A stretch of 53,893 nucleotides of DNA from Octopus bimaculoides (lineage: Eukaryota): positions 33,631,651-33,685,543 of the forward strand of contig NC_068987.1 in NCBI RefSeq assembly GCF_001194135.2, in the 5' to 3' direction. The notes below the pieces were generated by a model. It had not been told where the DNA came from and made no database searches. It saw nothing but the letters and a program-made list of their open reading frames with translations. This document shows positions 24,473 through 37,121 of this stretch, piece after piece (within the stretch, counting starts at the first letter, position 1; each line of letters opens with the position of its first letter). Made by a program: the position numbers and the translations under genes.

Positions 24473-25578
24473 CTGACATTTTATTCATGTGTGGTTGCAG
24501 GAAATATCTAAATTACCGTCTAATTCACAAGGAATTGTTAACTGACCTCATTTCCGAAACTATAATATATATTAATGAAGAACATTTAGGGGGAAATTAT
24601 ATTTTCACGGTCGACAATTATATTCTTGTTCATTAAGAGTTAAGGAACAAATCAATATTTGCAACGACAAAATTCGATTAAATTAAAGTAAAAACGACGA
24701 AAAAGTAAACATAAATTGAAGAAATATTCACAATGAGTAGTTTTGATGTAATGGGCCATGAAGTACCTTTTTGAATTTTTTCCTTTTTATCGTTTTCTTG
24801 TGAAAGTTAATTAAAATAGCAAAATTAATTACTAAGTAGAGAGAAACAAAATTTATAATTGAGACGTAAACATCATATCCATAATTCTTATGAAATTGAA
24901 ATCAAAAACTAATAAAATTTAGTTATCGCAATCAAACTTCATTCGACTTTATGTTTGGTAAGGTTAGTGGAGAAATTCTTTATATAATAGCTTGCTAATA
25001 TTAAAAGGGTGATAAGTGAAGGAAATTGATCTTAAATAAATATTTCTGAATATAAAACCGTGTAAGCTGTTAACGAAGGATTTGTGTAGTAGTATAGAAT
25101 GTCATTTACACTTATGATTTAATGTGAATATCGATTCGATTTCAAGGCTATTTATAATATAATCATCAACTATCCCTTTTTTCAACTTGGTAAAGAGATC
25201 ATTATTGTATCAATATACTCAATTAAAGAAAGGTACAAATAGTTAATTTAATAATTTGTTGGAGAAGAAGGACCAACCTAAAATTTTCTGATCAAAGAAA
25301 TCATTTATCTAGACTGAAGTAGACCTTTGTATCTATGTGCAAACTTCCCAAAACTGAGATTATTCGCTACTGTGTTTATTTAAAATTTAAGTCACGAGAT
25401 TTTAGTGCACCAATCTGTTTGAAAATTATCAGTTTGAGCTGATGCACTTTACTTACTTTTGTTCCTTCAATTTATTTTTTAACGTTCACCACTTCTGGAT
25501 ACGGTGGCAATCTCGATTGATTAAAATTATTATCATTAAATGTATGTGAGCTTAATACACAAATGTTAGCAGACTCAC

Positions 25579-25772
25579 CTCACCAATTGGAAATAGTTTT
25601 AGTTCGCCATTGCCTTCAAGTACAACGATACTGCTGTTAGGATTATTCTTAATGGGGTCCCAGTGCTCAGTGCAAATATCTTCGAATTTATGACGTAATT
25701 CATTAATCAAACCGAAGGTAGTGTGACTTAAGAGACTCATACTCATTAAACATTTACGTGTTGCAGAAAACA
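25579..25772 (-). CDS. Candidate internal exon of an unidentified gene
   Basis: tgtcag| acceptor, 194 nt open (xFSATRKCLMSMSLLSHTTFGLINELRHKFEDICTEHWDPIKNNPNSSIVVLEGNGELKLFPIGE), consensus donor GAG|gtgagt, protein-like composition. Confidence 0.45.
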
Positions 25773-26175
25773 CTGACACATACACAAACGCGCGCGCACG
25801 CATGCACATGCATATGCACATAAATGCACTCCCACGTACTCAGATTCACACATATACACAAACACAGACAAACACATACTAATGAAACTTTAGGTATTTA
25901 GCAATTTTAATACAAATGTTATTCGACGTTAGGTTGTTGAGAAATATATGAAGTATGGCATGTTTACGATGTGTAGATGACAAACAAGAATCTCCGGAAA
26001 ACGATTTATAAACTTTTGGTACACTGTCGAAATTTAATTTTTCACTGTTGATACAGTGTTGATACACTGTTGAAATTTTATTTTAGATAAAATGCAACTT
26101 CTATTCTGAGAGTTATGTACAATTCTAATTAACATCTTTTCCGAAATACATCATGAGATTAAGTAGTATATCACT

Positions 26176-26322
26176 TGTATATACACAGTTTCAGTCAGCT
26201 CCCTATGTCTTAAAGATTCCAGAGCATGTAGGACGCGTCCATTTGAGGCAAATTCAAGATAGCTTTTAAATTTTAGTCCTCTACTGGTTCGCTCACGATA
26301 TGTGGTATTGATGCTATCGAAG
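26176..26322 (-). CDS. Candidate exon upstream of 25579-25772
   Basis: tttgtatag| acceptor then open frame FDSINTTYRERTSRGLKFKSYLEFASNGRVLHALESLRHRELTET. The donor is weak and uncertain. Confidence 0.3.
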
Positions 26323-26389
26323 CTATACAAACACTTTCCATTTTTGTACATATATATGCATATACTCATTTATTATTTGTACTATATAT

Positions 26390-26399
26390 ATAGAGAGAG

Positions 26400-26444
<45 letters not shown>

Positions 26445-26560
26445 TAAATATAGATAGATAGATACACACATACACACACACATATATAGATATATATGTG
26501 TATACACACACACGCGTATAAATATATACACACATTTACTCACATACACACACACACATA
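26390..26560. repeat. Compound (AGAT)/(CA) microsatellite
   Basis: Directly visible. Confidence 0.9.
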
Positions 26561-28289
26561 CATGCATACTTACATAGAGGTTCTCATATAGTTTATGGTT
26601 TAATTATTTATCTAATTATGCATATTTGTCTATTATAAAGGAAACGATTTATTACAGATGATGATTCAGAAACCTCGTCATTCTAATTTCCAATTTCAGC
26701 ATCATTATTGCATTATATACAAGAGCGAAGTACATTGTTTTTGTTTTTAATATTCTAAATGTTTTCATTTTTGTAAAATATACAAAGCCACAGCCATTTT
26801 GTATTCGAGAATGTTTTTAGCATTGTTCATCTGACAGAATAATCAAATACAATTGCAGCAAAAACTATTTCAGAATAATAAAGTAAGCTAGCTTTATTTA
26901 TTGATCTATCTTACGATATTGAACAGATTCTGATCTTTCTTTTCGCATGTCTATAAGGTTTTTTTTTCATCCAAAATGTCACTTCCTTTCTATATTTCTA
27001 GTTTCAAAATTGTTTACTTGCTTTTGTTTAACCACTACGTCATCACTTATCGGACGCGAATATGATCAATATCATTTAATCTGTGAATCTGTAATCATTC
27101 TGTTTTTGTTTAAATTCTTATGCTTATAGTAGTAATTTACACCAAATATACAATACACGAAGCTATTTTAAGTTGCTAAGAGCTACGTGAGGACTATTCA
27201 GCTAGCATTACTTGCAGGTCTAAAAGCACGAAGTTTTCCACTGTTCCTTGGCTGGAATATATTTGCTTTAGCTGGAATCGTTCTCAACACTTATTTGTAA
27301 TTGTTTTTTAATATTCTTTCATTAAACTAATAAAATACAGGAATAATATCGTTTTACGCCTGGGATATTCTCTACATGACCAAAAAATGAAATAAAAATG
27401 AATTAACAGATGTTATTGCCAAGAATTTTGGTAATTCATTATTCCAAAGTGTTGACTTATCTGACAGAATGAGTAATAATTTGAATACTCATAATGTTGC
27501 TGAACACGTTTAACGGAAAGAAGACAAAATGGGCTTTCGTCGTTAAGAGAAGTGTAATACCGACGTAAGCCATGTTAATATTTTCTGAAATAATTGCGAT
27601 ATATCTGGAGATAGCTATGAATATATTTCACCTAGTAGAATGTTAGGATGGGCTGAATATTTTTAATCATTGGTCAGCTTAAACAGAGTTGAATTGACAT
27701 AAAACAATATAACAATCATAACACATTCACAAGATCCGAAACTGAATGTAAAACGCAAGTTGAGTATAATGATAACGATGAGGATTATGATAATGATGGC
27801 AGCGGTAGTGGTGGTGTTTGTGGTGGTGGTGGTGGTAGTTATGGTAATGATGGTGTGGTGATAACGGTGTGTCGGTGATAATAGTGTTAGTGTTAGTGGT
27901 GCTGGATAATCAATTATATTACTGACACCCACTGCCACTAGCATTTAACTTCTATATCTACCTATAGCTAAAACCAGACATCGGTCATATGATTAAGGTA
28001 AAATAAGAGTGGAATGTATTCACTCAACTTACAAATAAGATAGCAGTCAATTCTTTCTCATATCATGAATTATCATGGCATAAACAAAATATATTTTTTA
28101 CGGATTTTGGTGCGGGGAAAAAAATAAGAGAAGTACATATTATTAAGAAGTACCACAAACTGCAAAACATTAAATATTAGAATGTAAAATAAATGTCTTT
28201 AGACTAAAATATATGGTCATTACCAGCATCCACTTGGGACTTATAAAAGCAATGATACATATAGGCGCACACACTTATGCATATTCTTA

Positions 28290-29390
28290 GTGCCGACATG
28301 TTCCCAGCGGATGAATCCGTTTACTTACTCAACAATAACACATAGCCGCACGTCCGTGCCGATCTACCAGCGACGCCAACTCACAGATGAGTCTGAAAAT
28401 CCTGCCTCGCTACTCACCGTTTCTTAATTGGACGGAAATGGCACATGATGCCTTTAATGCGGCTATCAAGCGGGACCTCGCTCGGGCTGAGTTGCAGCAA
28501 AGGGTTGGTGACCCGGCAACTGCAGAAGAAGTCTGTATGACCATGGAAAAATGACAAGCACATTTCATAGAACAGGTCGCAAGGCTATTACTCCAGAAAA
28601 TTGTGTGAGTTGGTATAGATACAACCTGACCTACCTCTCGCAATGCCTCAACTGCCGGAATATAGACGGCTAAATCCTCGAAGACGAACTTTCCTTATCA
28701 AGATTGTAAACCAATAATTATCTTAGTGTACATAGCACCCTTTACTCAATGAAAGAAATAATGCATAATCGAAGAAATATATACATTTCTCAACAAGACA
28801 TATTATGCAAAAAAAAAGCACATATCACAACATAATGCACTCAAAATCAAAGAAAAGGCTGGAATGCGATTTCATGAAGTCCGTAACAATAAATAAATGT
28901 ACCGATGCAAAAATAAAAGAACACATAGAGAAGACATGGGCAAGATAGAGTGATTAAAGCATAAACAATGGATGAAAACACATGGTTGTGAAAACAATGA
29001 TCATGAGATAAAACTTAAGCAGCTATCGTGCTAATTTGATTGCTCGAAGTGTTAAACTGATTACTCCGAAAGGAATCTGAATGCTCAAAAAGGCGCTTCC
29101 TTACATTCAGACTAATTTTGAATGCTATCGACGGGCATTTTAATTTGAAGGATGTAAATGCTAAATTCTTTGACAGAAGGGTGAAAGTGAATGATCGAAA
29201 AAGGAATTTGAATGACTAACTTCATGGTGCTAATCTTTCCGCAACTTTGAATGATAAACGTACGAAAATGACTGCAAAACCGATATTATTATCGTGATAG
29301 CACTTTGTGCGTAGATTGAATAATCATTGTGAAGTTACTATTGAAAGTAACGCAAAGATTGGCGTAACTTTCCTAATAACTTGTATAAGT
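28290..29390 (+). mobile_element. IS630/Tc1-like DDE transposon, 3' half (transposase C-terminus and long noncoding 3' region)
   Basis: LLNNNT*PHVRA (decayed DNA.PH), LKILPRYSPFLNWTEMAH (cf. LPPYSPFLNPIE), ITPENCVSWYRYNLTYLSQCLNCRNIDG* ending at about 28673. The right boundary is uncertain. Confidence 0.7.
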
Positions 29391-29589
29391 CGCTCAAATT
29401 GCATATATGGGTAGATTAACTCTATTTCTGATGTACATCTTCTGACTGTACTCCGTTATTACATGCAAAAAGTATGTTCCAAGAAGCGAATTCCCTTCAT
29501 TAAATTTTTCCTGAAGGAAGGCTGCAGGTATTCCTATATCCACAAATAGCTTTTGGTTATTTTCAGAAATTACATTATTACATAAATTA

Positions 29590-29757
29590 CAATGTGCATC
29601 GAAGGATGAAGTTTGAAGAAGAGCAATGCAGTATTGGTTGGAAACCATGCAGTTGGGGACCATCCATGGTGAATACTGAAATGTATTACCAAGCAACTAA
29701 TGGAAGATCGGGAGGGATAGAAAGAGGTAGTGAGGATGGCCTGGATGATGATGTTGT
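29590..29757 (+). mobile_element. Decayed 3' end of an RTE-like LINE
   Basis: RRMKF...GWKP and QLMEDREG*KEVVR resemble RTE ORF C-termini; followed by a short (GAT)n tail. Confidence 0.4.
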
Positions 29758-29809
29758 AGATAAAATCTCTTCAGTGGTAACATTTTCCAAGCAGTAACCT
29801 ACAAACATG

Positions 29810-30060
29810 CTTTTTTACTCTTTTACTCCTTTACCTGTTTCAGTCATTTGACTGCGGCCATTCTGGCTCACCGCCTTTAGTCGAGCAAATCGACCCCAGG
29901 ACTTATTCTTTGTAAGCTTAGTACTTATTCTATTGTTCTGTTTTGCCGAACCGCTAGGTTACGGGGAGATAAACACACCAGCTTCGGTTGTCAAGCGATG
30001 TGAGCGGGAATAAACACAGGCACACAAATACACACACACACACACACAGACACACACACG

Positions 30061-30096
<36 letters not shown>

Positions 30097-30285
30097 GATA
30101 TATATATATATACACATATATACAAGAGGTTTCTTTGAGTTTACATCTACCAAATCCACTCTGAAGGCTGTGGTCGGCTCGGGGCTATAGTAGAAGACAC
30201 TTGCCCAAGGTGCCACGCAGAGGGTCTGAACCCATGACCATGTGGTTGGTAAGCAAGCTACTTACCACACAGCCACTCCTGCGCC
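29810..30285 (-). mobile_element. SINE family A, full length
   Basis: Head GGCGCAGGAGTGGCTGTGTGGTAAG, B box GGTTCAGACCC, CORE, (GT)n, and a 3' tail ending in (GAGTAAAA) repeats. Confidence 0.92.
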
Positions 30286-31746
30286 AACATTCCATGAACT
30301 TATCCTTCGTTTCCAGTTCCACACTGTACGATTACGTTTCATACCATCTTGCTATATCTGGCAAAGTAATTGTTACATGTCTTCATAATTTATTACCCTA
30401 TCAGAGTGCGTTTCCAGTCTTCTACTATTATAATCTTATTTCGCCCACCGAGATAGCCATGTTGAACATTCCTTCGAATGCTCGAAAGTCTAACCACTGT
30501 AATGCATTTAGACTTCTGAAGCATTGTATCAAGTCTTTCTGCAGGAATCAATTGGTTTAAGTACAGAGATTTCGTGAGAGGAACTGTATCTGATTGACTC
30601 CCACAATGTGGATTCTCAGTTGCTTCGGGTCAAAAATATTGAGCGAGGAATCTGATATTTGCCGGCACTAAAGAATCAAAGAAAGAGGAGATACTATATT
30701 CGAACTTTTAATTTTTCCAAATAATCTGCATTTTAAACGATCTATGTCAGTTAATAAAATAATTATGTCCACTCATGCATTACCTTCGGCAGAGTTATCG
30801 TGTGGGTGTATGTCTGACTATACATACACACATATTTATTTACACGCATACCTATATATANNNNNNNNNNNNNNNNNNNNNNNNNNNNNNNNNNNNNNNN
30901 NNNNNNNNNNNNNNNNNNNNNNNNNNNNNNNNNNNNNNNNNNNNNNNNNNNNNNNNNNNNNNNNNNNNNNNNNNNNNNNNNNNNNNNNNNNNNNNNNNNN
31001 NNNNNNNNNNNNNNNNNNNNNNNNNNNNNNNNNNNNNNNNNNNNNNNNNNNNNNNNNNNNNNNNNNNNNNNNNNNNNNNNNNNNNNNNNNNNNNNNNNNN
31101 NNNNNNNNNNNNNNNNNNNNNNNNNNNNNNNNNNNNNNNNNNNNNNNNNNNNNNNNNNNNNNNNNNNNNNNNNNNNNNNNNNNNNNNNNNNNNNNNNNNN
31201 NNNNNNNNNNNNNNNNNNNNNNNNNNNNNNNNNNNNNNNNNNNNNNNNNNNNNNNNNNNNNNNNNNNNNNNNNNNNNNNNNNNNNNNNNNNNNNNNNNNN
31301 NNNNNNNNNNNNNNNNNNNNNNNNNNNNNNNNNNNNNNNNNNNNNNNNNNNNNNNNNNNNNNNNNNNNNNNNNNNNNNNNNNNNNNNNNNNNNNNNNNNN
31401 NNNNNNNNNNNNNNNNNNNNNNNNNNNNNNNNNNNNNNNNNNNNNNNNNNNNNNNNNNNNNNNNNNNNNNNNNNNNNNNNNNNNNNNNNNNNNNNNNNNN
31501 NNNNNNNNNNNNNNNNNNNNNNNNNNNNNNNNNNNNNNNNNNNNNNNNNNNNNNNNNNNNNNNNNNNNNNNNNNNNNNNNNNNNNNNNNNNNNNNNNNNN
31601 NNNNNNNNNNNNNNNNNNNNNNNNNNNNNNNNNNNNNNNNNNNNNNNNNNNNNNNNNNNNNNNNNNNNNNNNNNNNNNNNNNNNNNNNNNNNNNNNNNNN
31701 NNNNNNNNNNNNNNNNNNNNNNNNNNNNNNNNNNNNNNNNNNNNNT

Positions 31747-32110
31747 ATTTTCTTTTATTTGTCTCAGTCATTTGATTGCGGCCATGCTGGAGCACCGCAA
31801 TTAGTCGAACAAATCGACCCCAGGACATATCTTTTGTAAGCCTAGCACTTATTCTATCGATATCATTAAGTTACGGGGACGTAAACACACCAACATCGAT
31901 TGTCAAGCGATGGTGGTGGCACAAACACCGACATACAAACATATATATATACGACGGGCTTCTTTCAGTTTCCGTCAACCAACTCACTCACAAGGCTATG
32001 GTCGGCCCGTGGCTATACAAGAAGACACTTGCCCAAGGTGCCTCACAGTAGGACTGATCCCATAACTATGTGGTTGGTAAGCAGGCTTACCACACAGCCA
32101 CTCTTGCGCC
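31747..32110 (-). mobile_element. SINE family A, near full length, with multiplied 5' end
   Basis: Same blocks as 29810-30285; the first 23 nt of the head are repeated at 32111-32147. Confidence 0.88.
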
Positions 32111-33707
32111 TACCACACAGCCACTCCTCCGCCTACCACAGTCATTCAGATAACTTTAAAAAATACAAATTAATAACTCAATTATATACTTATATGTTTG
32201 TATACATATACATATATTTGTGTGTGTTTGTATAAATATGTGAGTATGTACGTATGTATGTATTTATATATAAGCTTTTCATTATAAACTTCTGAAGTTT
32301 ACATTTGTGTGTAATCTTCTCACGTTGCAGTAATGGTAACTAGCATAAAACTAATAATTTTTGCAATAAAATAATTCTTTTATAAAAAAGGTACTAACAT
32401 AAATATATTTGGAAAACCAAATAAACATTCAATGCTGGTTTATCATTCTTAAGAGAAATGAAGCATTAAATTGTTATTAATATTAAAATGCATATCATTA
32501 TCCTGCAACAGAATAATACGTATGTATGTATGTACGTATGTACGTACGTATGTGTATATAAATATTCATACAAACACACACACATATATATTTCAATAAA
32601 TGTATGGGTACACACACTTAAACAGATATGTTTCAGTATATAGGCATACATATATGAATGCATATATGCACATACACATATAGATCTTTACAAATATATG
32701 TGCTTACAAATACACGTCCATAAGAATATGCGTAATCTAATGTTACGTAAATGGGTTATTGTGTGTGGGTTCGATTCTTAGCCCACGTCCTCCGGCGGTT
32801 GGAAAAACCCAGCTTAAATATTTAATATCTTCATCACTTTATAGTAGTGCCATCATGAATACTAGTGTTATAGGTATGTCATAAGATGTATTTTTTCTCA
32901 TAGAATTACTATTACTAGCAGAAAGATCGCCCTCCGGTGGTTTATCATTCTTAAGAGAAAAATGGATACTCTTAAACAAAATGTTATACAAATACCGCTT
33001 CGATGTTGTGGCTTCAGAATATATAGTGATTTATAGCAAATAATTTCTCGGGGGGTTGTGGTGGAGAAGGGAATTTCGAAAAATTCACATGATCCGACAT
33101 TTTCCCTCATAAATTTCTTTAATGAAAGTTTATATAACAATTCCTTTCAAACAGCATAGATTATGATTATAAAGAAATTTGTGAGGATAGGTTTTACCGA
33201 GGGGTGCGGAGAGGAGTTTCTCTAAAATAGAGTTTCGGATCAGGAAGACAAATTAAATTAGAACTACACGTCTTTGATGGGGAGTTTGCTCATTTTTTTT
33301 AAAAACCACAACCTTCGAAAAGATTGTGTGTTTGTGTGTTGCTTCTCGTTGGGATATCTTTGTATGGAAAAAAAAATTTGGAAATTTTTTTTACAACCCT
33401 ATCTCCGTCATCATGCCACTAGGGACCTATTTTGGCTTATTTTTCTGCATTTAAAAATCATGGAAAGAGCCTTTTCGTCAGAAATTTTTTTTAATATTTA
33501 CAGATGGAAAAGTGATTGATTTAAGGTAGATTTGGCTTTTGTTTCTAGCACATCTCAAGATGTACTTGTATATATACACGTCCATAAGAATATATGTAAT
33601 CACACTGTTTATCGAAGTCTTTCAATACATTTTATGTGTGCTATAAAACATAAAATTAGAAAAAATTGATATTTTTGCAACCTTACTCTCAGTCTCCAAT
33701 TGTTGCT

Positions 33708-34614
33708 ACGGATCCTTCTGATTTGGCGGGCGCCACTTGTTTTCTCAACGAAACACTTTCAAACTTGGAACACTGGTAGAATGTGTCAGATATAACACCT
33801 TTTACTCTTAGTGTTATTGAGAAAATGTTATCTTTTTAAATTTATTTCGTGTTACAATTGTCGTATTTCGGTAATTTCAACCAATCACTGGCGACTATTG
33901 AGGTGAAAACAGTTACAGCTGTGGAATGTAAACAACACGTTCTAGCGGTGTAATGGGATCTTTTCCCTTGAATAAAATTAGTGCCGTTGTTTCTCAACAA
34001 CAACTATCTGCGATACTGTTATTTATGACATCGTTCGTGCGTTTGTACTGGTTTTAGCTTTAGGGTTTTAGGGTTAGGGTTCGGGTTTTAGAGTTAGAGT
34101 TATGGTTAGGATTAGGGTTAGGTTTATGAGTATTTTTGCCAAATTTGGGGAAACATTTGTGGTGGTGTATTGAACAGATTTTCACCAAATTTGGCAAAAA
34201 ATACTCATAACCCTAACCCGAACCCTACACCTAAAACCCTAACCTTAACTCTAAGTTTAAAACCCGAACCCTAACCCCAAAACCCTAAAACTAAAACCAG
34301 TACAAACGCACAAACGATGTCATAGATAACAGTACCCTTTATTCAAGGGAAAACATCCCATTACACCGCTAGACCGTGTTGTTTACATTCCACAGCAGTA
34401 ATTGTTTTCACCTCAATAGTCGTCAGTGATTGGTTGAAATTACCGAAATACGACAACTTTTAACATGAAATAACTTCGAATATAAAAAAAAAAAATTTTG
34501 ACTGTTCTATAAGACTAAATATACAAGTATACGAAGTTTTAAAGTGTTTCAATAGAAAACACACTAAATAAGACATTTATAAAAAATGGTGCCCGCCAAA
34601 TCAGAATTTTCCGT
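33708..34614. mobile_element. 907-bp palindromic (foldback/MITE-like) element with internal degenerate telomeric repeats
   Basis: Arms are reverse complements: 33858-33959 vs 34355-34456 has 4 mismatches in 102 nt. (TTAGGG)-like tract at 34054-34122, (CCCTAA)-like tract at 34208-34297, unpaired spacer at about 34149-34184. Confidence 0.9.
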
Positions 34615-35145
34615 TTCTATTTATAAGTTAAAATACTGGAGATACCGAGTAGATTATTGCTGGGATTTATCCACAGTCATTTTAGAAAATGAGTTACGTA
34701 AACAATAATTCATTTTAATAGCGTATTTTTATGAAAATGTTTTCTCCTACACACACACACTCGGGTTCACTTGATAAAGGTGGGGTTAAATATTTATATT
34801 ACAATTACTCAGCAGTTTCATTTCACTGCCTTGGTGGTTAATACATTTTAGGGTGTTATGTCTCAAGAAATAAAGTCTAATCCAGATAAGGCACAAGGAT
34901 TACAAGTACCCTAGTGTGTATAATTATTTTATATGTTATGACAATATCATTTTGCACTTTTGGATATTAATATATAAAATATTTATTAGTTGCATATCAA
35001 ATGCAACGCGTCTGTTTCGCTAAATTATATCGTCTCCATGTCATGTTAAATAACAGTTTTAAAATACATAATAATGGTAAATATTGTACTGCCTACAGTA
35101 AACATTATCTCTATCACAAACCAAATGATATATCTGTCACAAGAA

Positions 35146-35360
35146 GGCAGCAAGCTGGCAGAAACGGTAGCACTCCGGGTGAAATGCGTAGGGGTACTTC
35201 GTCTGTTTTTACGTTCCGAGTTCAAAATCCGCCGAGGTCGACTTTGCCTTTCATCCTTTCGTGGTCGCTGAATTAAATATCATTTACGTACTGGGGACGA
35301 TCTAATCGACAGGCCCCTCCCACAAAACTTTGGACCTTGTCCCAGGAGTAGAAAAGGATA
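35146..35360 (+). mobile_element. SINE family B
   Basis: GGCAGCAAGCTGGCAGAAACGGTAGC (A box), GAGTTCAAAATCC (B box), GTCGACTTTGCCTTTCATCCTTTCG core. Confidence 0.88.
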
Positions 35361-35543
35361 TATTTATCATTAGATTTCGATTAGTTAACATAATTTTTTC
35401 TATTTAAACTTGGTGATCATGATATCTCATATGAGATAACATATTCATAATTTCTAGCGTTAGGTTTTACATAAATTTTATAGAGAGGAAATATCAATTT
35501 TAAAAAATTGTAATTTATGTTATCGATATATTCACTTGCACAG

Positions 35544-35546
<3 letters not shown>

Positions 35547-35617
<71 letters not shown>
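35547..35617. repeat. (CA)n microsatellite
   Basis: Directly visible. Confidence 0.95.
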
Positions 35618-35618
<1 letters not shown>

Positions 35619-36865
35619 CAACATGGTCTTCCGCTTATCAACAAAATTGCACTCCCTCCAGTGAGAGATAAATATCATATAATGTACATTAATTTCTTCA
35701 AGCTGTGAAGACACTTGTCTAGGCATGTTTTTATAAATGCCCTGTATGTATGTGTGTATGTATGTATGTGTGTGTATGTGTGTGTGTGTATGTGTGTGTG
35801 TATGAATGTATGCATGCACATAGATACACATAAATCAAATAATTGATCAAAGCTATCAGAAGCTTACACTCAAATCTGAATAATAGTGCAGCATCATTCA
35901 GCATCTCAGAACCCATTGAAATAAAGTGGATCCACGGCACCTACGGGATATCGCACGAGATTTTATGTTTGAGAGCTTCGTCTAGAAGAAACTATTTTAA
36001 GATAATAAAGTGATTATATATCACCTATGCTTTTGCAATTCATTCATCTAGCTCTAATTATTAGTTGTGTCTGAATAAAATTATAATATACATTTATGTG
36101 TTTGATTACAGGAATGTTTATGCTATATACATAGATACATACATATACATACATACACACATACATGCATACATATATATATATATATAAAGATAAAATA
36201 TTCGTAGATATATGTAGTTAGATATGTATAAAGATAAAATATTCGTAGATATATGTAGTTATATANNNNNNNNNNNNNNNNNNNNNNNNNNNNNNNNNNN
36301 NNNNNNNNNNNNNNNNNNNNNNNNNNNNNNNNNNNNNNNNNNNNNNNNNNNNNNNNNNNNNNNNNNNNNNNNNNNNNNNNNNNNNNNNNNNNNNNNNNNN
36401 NNNNNNNNNNNNNNNNNNNNNNNNNNNNNNNNNNNNNNNNNNNNNNNNNNNNNNNNNNNNNNNNNNNNNNNNNNNNNNNNNNNNNNNNNNNNNNNNNNNN
36501 NNNNNNNNNNNNNNNNNNNNNNNNNNNNNNNNNNNNNNNNNNNNNNNNNNNNNNNNNNNNNNNNNNNNNNNNNNNNNNNNNNNNNNNNNNNNNNNNNNNN
36601 NNNNNNNNNNNNNNNNNNNNNNNNNNNNNNNNNNNNNNNNNNNNNNNNNNNNNNNNNNNNNNNNNNNNNNNNNNNNNNNNNNNNNNNNNNNNNNNNNNNN
36701 NNNNNNNNNNNNNNNNNNNNNNNNNNNNNNNNNNNNNNNNNNNNNNNNNNNNNNNNNNNNNNNNNNNNNNNNNTACATATATGTGGAAAGGTAAATTTAC
36801 CTTCCGAATCATGCCGACTCATACGATACACACATACACTCACACATACACACACACACACATGA

Positions 36866-37121
36866 GCAGTCCGTAGGTTGCGATAACGAGAATCCCAGCT
36901 GATACGATCAAAGGAACAGCTTACTCGTGTAATTAACGTGCAAGTGGCAGAGTACTCCACATACACTTGTATCCTTAACGTAGTTCTCAGTGATATTCAG
37001 CGTGTGACAAGACCGGCAATTTGAAATACAAGTACTACTCATTTTTGCCAGCTGAGTGGACTGGAGCAACGTGAAATAAAATGTCTTGCTCAAGGACACA
37101 ACGCGTCGCCGGTAATTGAAC
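36866..37121 (-). mobile_element. tRNA-derived SINE family C, truncated at the B box
   Basis: Minus strand GTTCAATTACCGGCGACGCGTTGTGTCCTTGAGCAAGACATTTTATTTCACGTTGCTCCAGTCCACTCAGC has a B box and CORE-like segment. A decayed head of probably the same family lies at 47405-47520. Confidence 0.8.

Noticed and set aside
26655-26690. ATGATGA-TTCA-GAAAC-CTC-GTC hammerhead-like string
   Set aside because: Stem I and stem II cannot form; likely chance.
34054-34297. True telomere or chromosome end
   Set aside because: The repeats are short, degenerate and embedded symmetrically within long inverted arms in the middle of the scaffold.
36186-36261. 35-nt direct repeat (41-nt period) next to a gap
   Set aside because: Abuts an N run and may be a contig-end artefact or a collapsed minisatellite; it cannot be evaluated.
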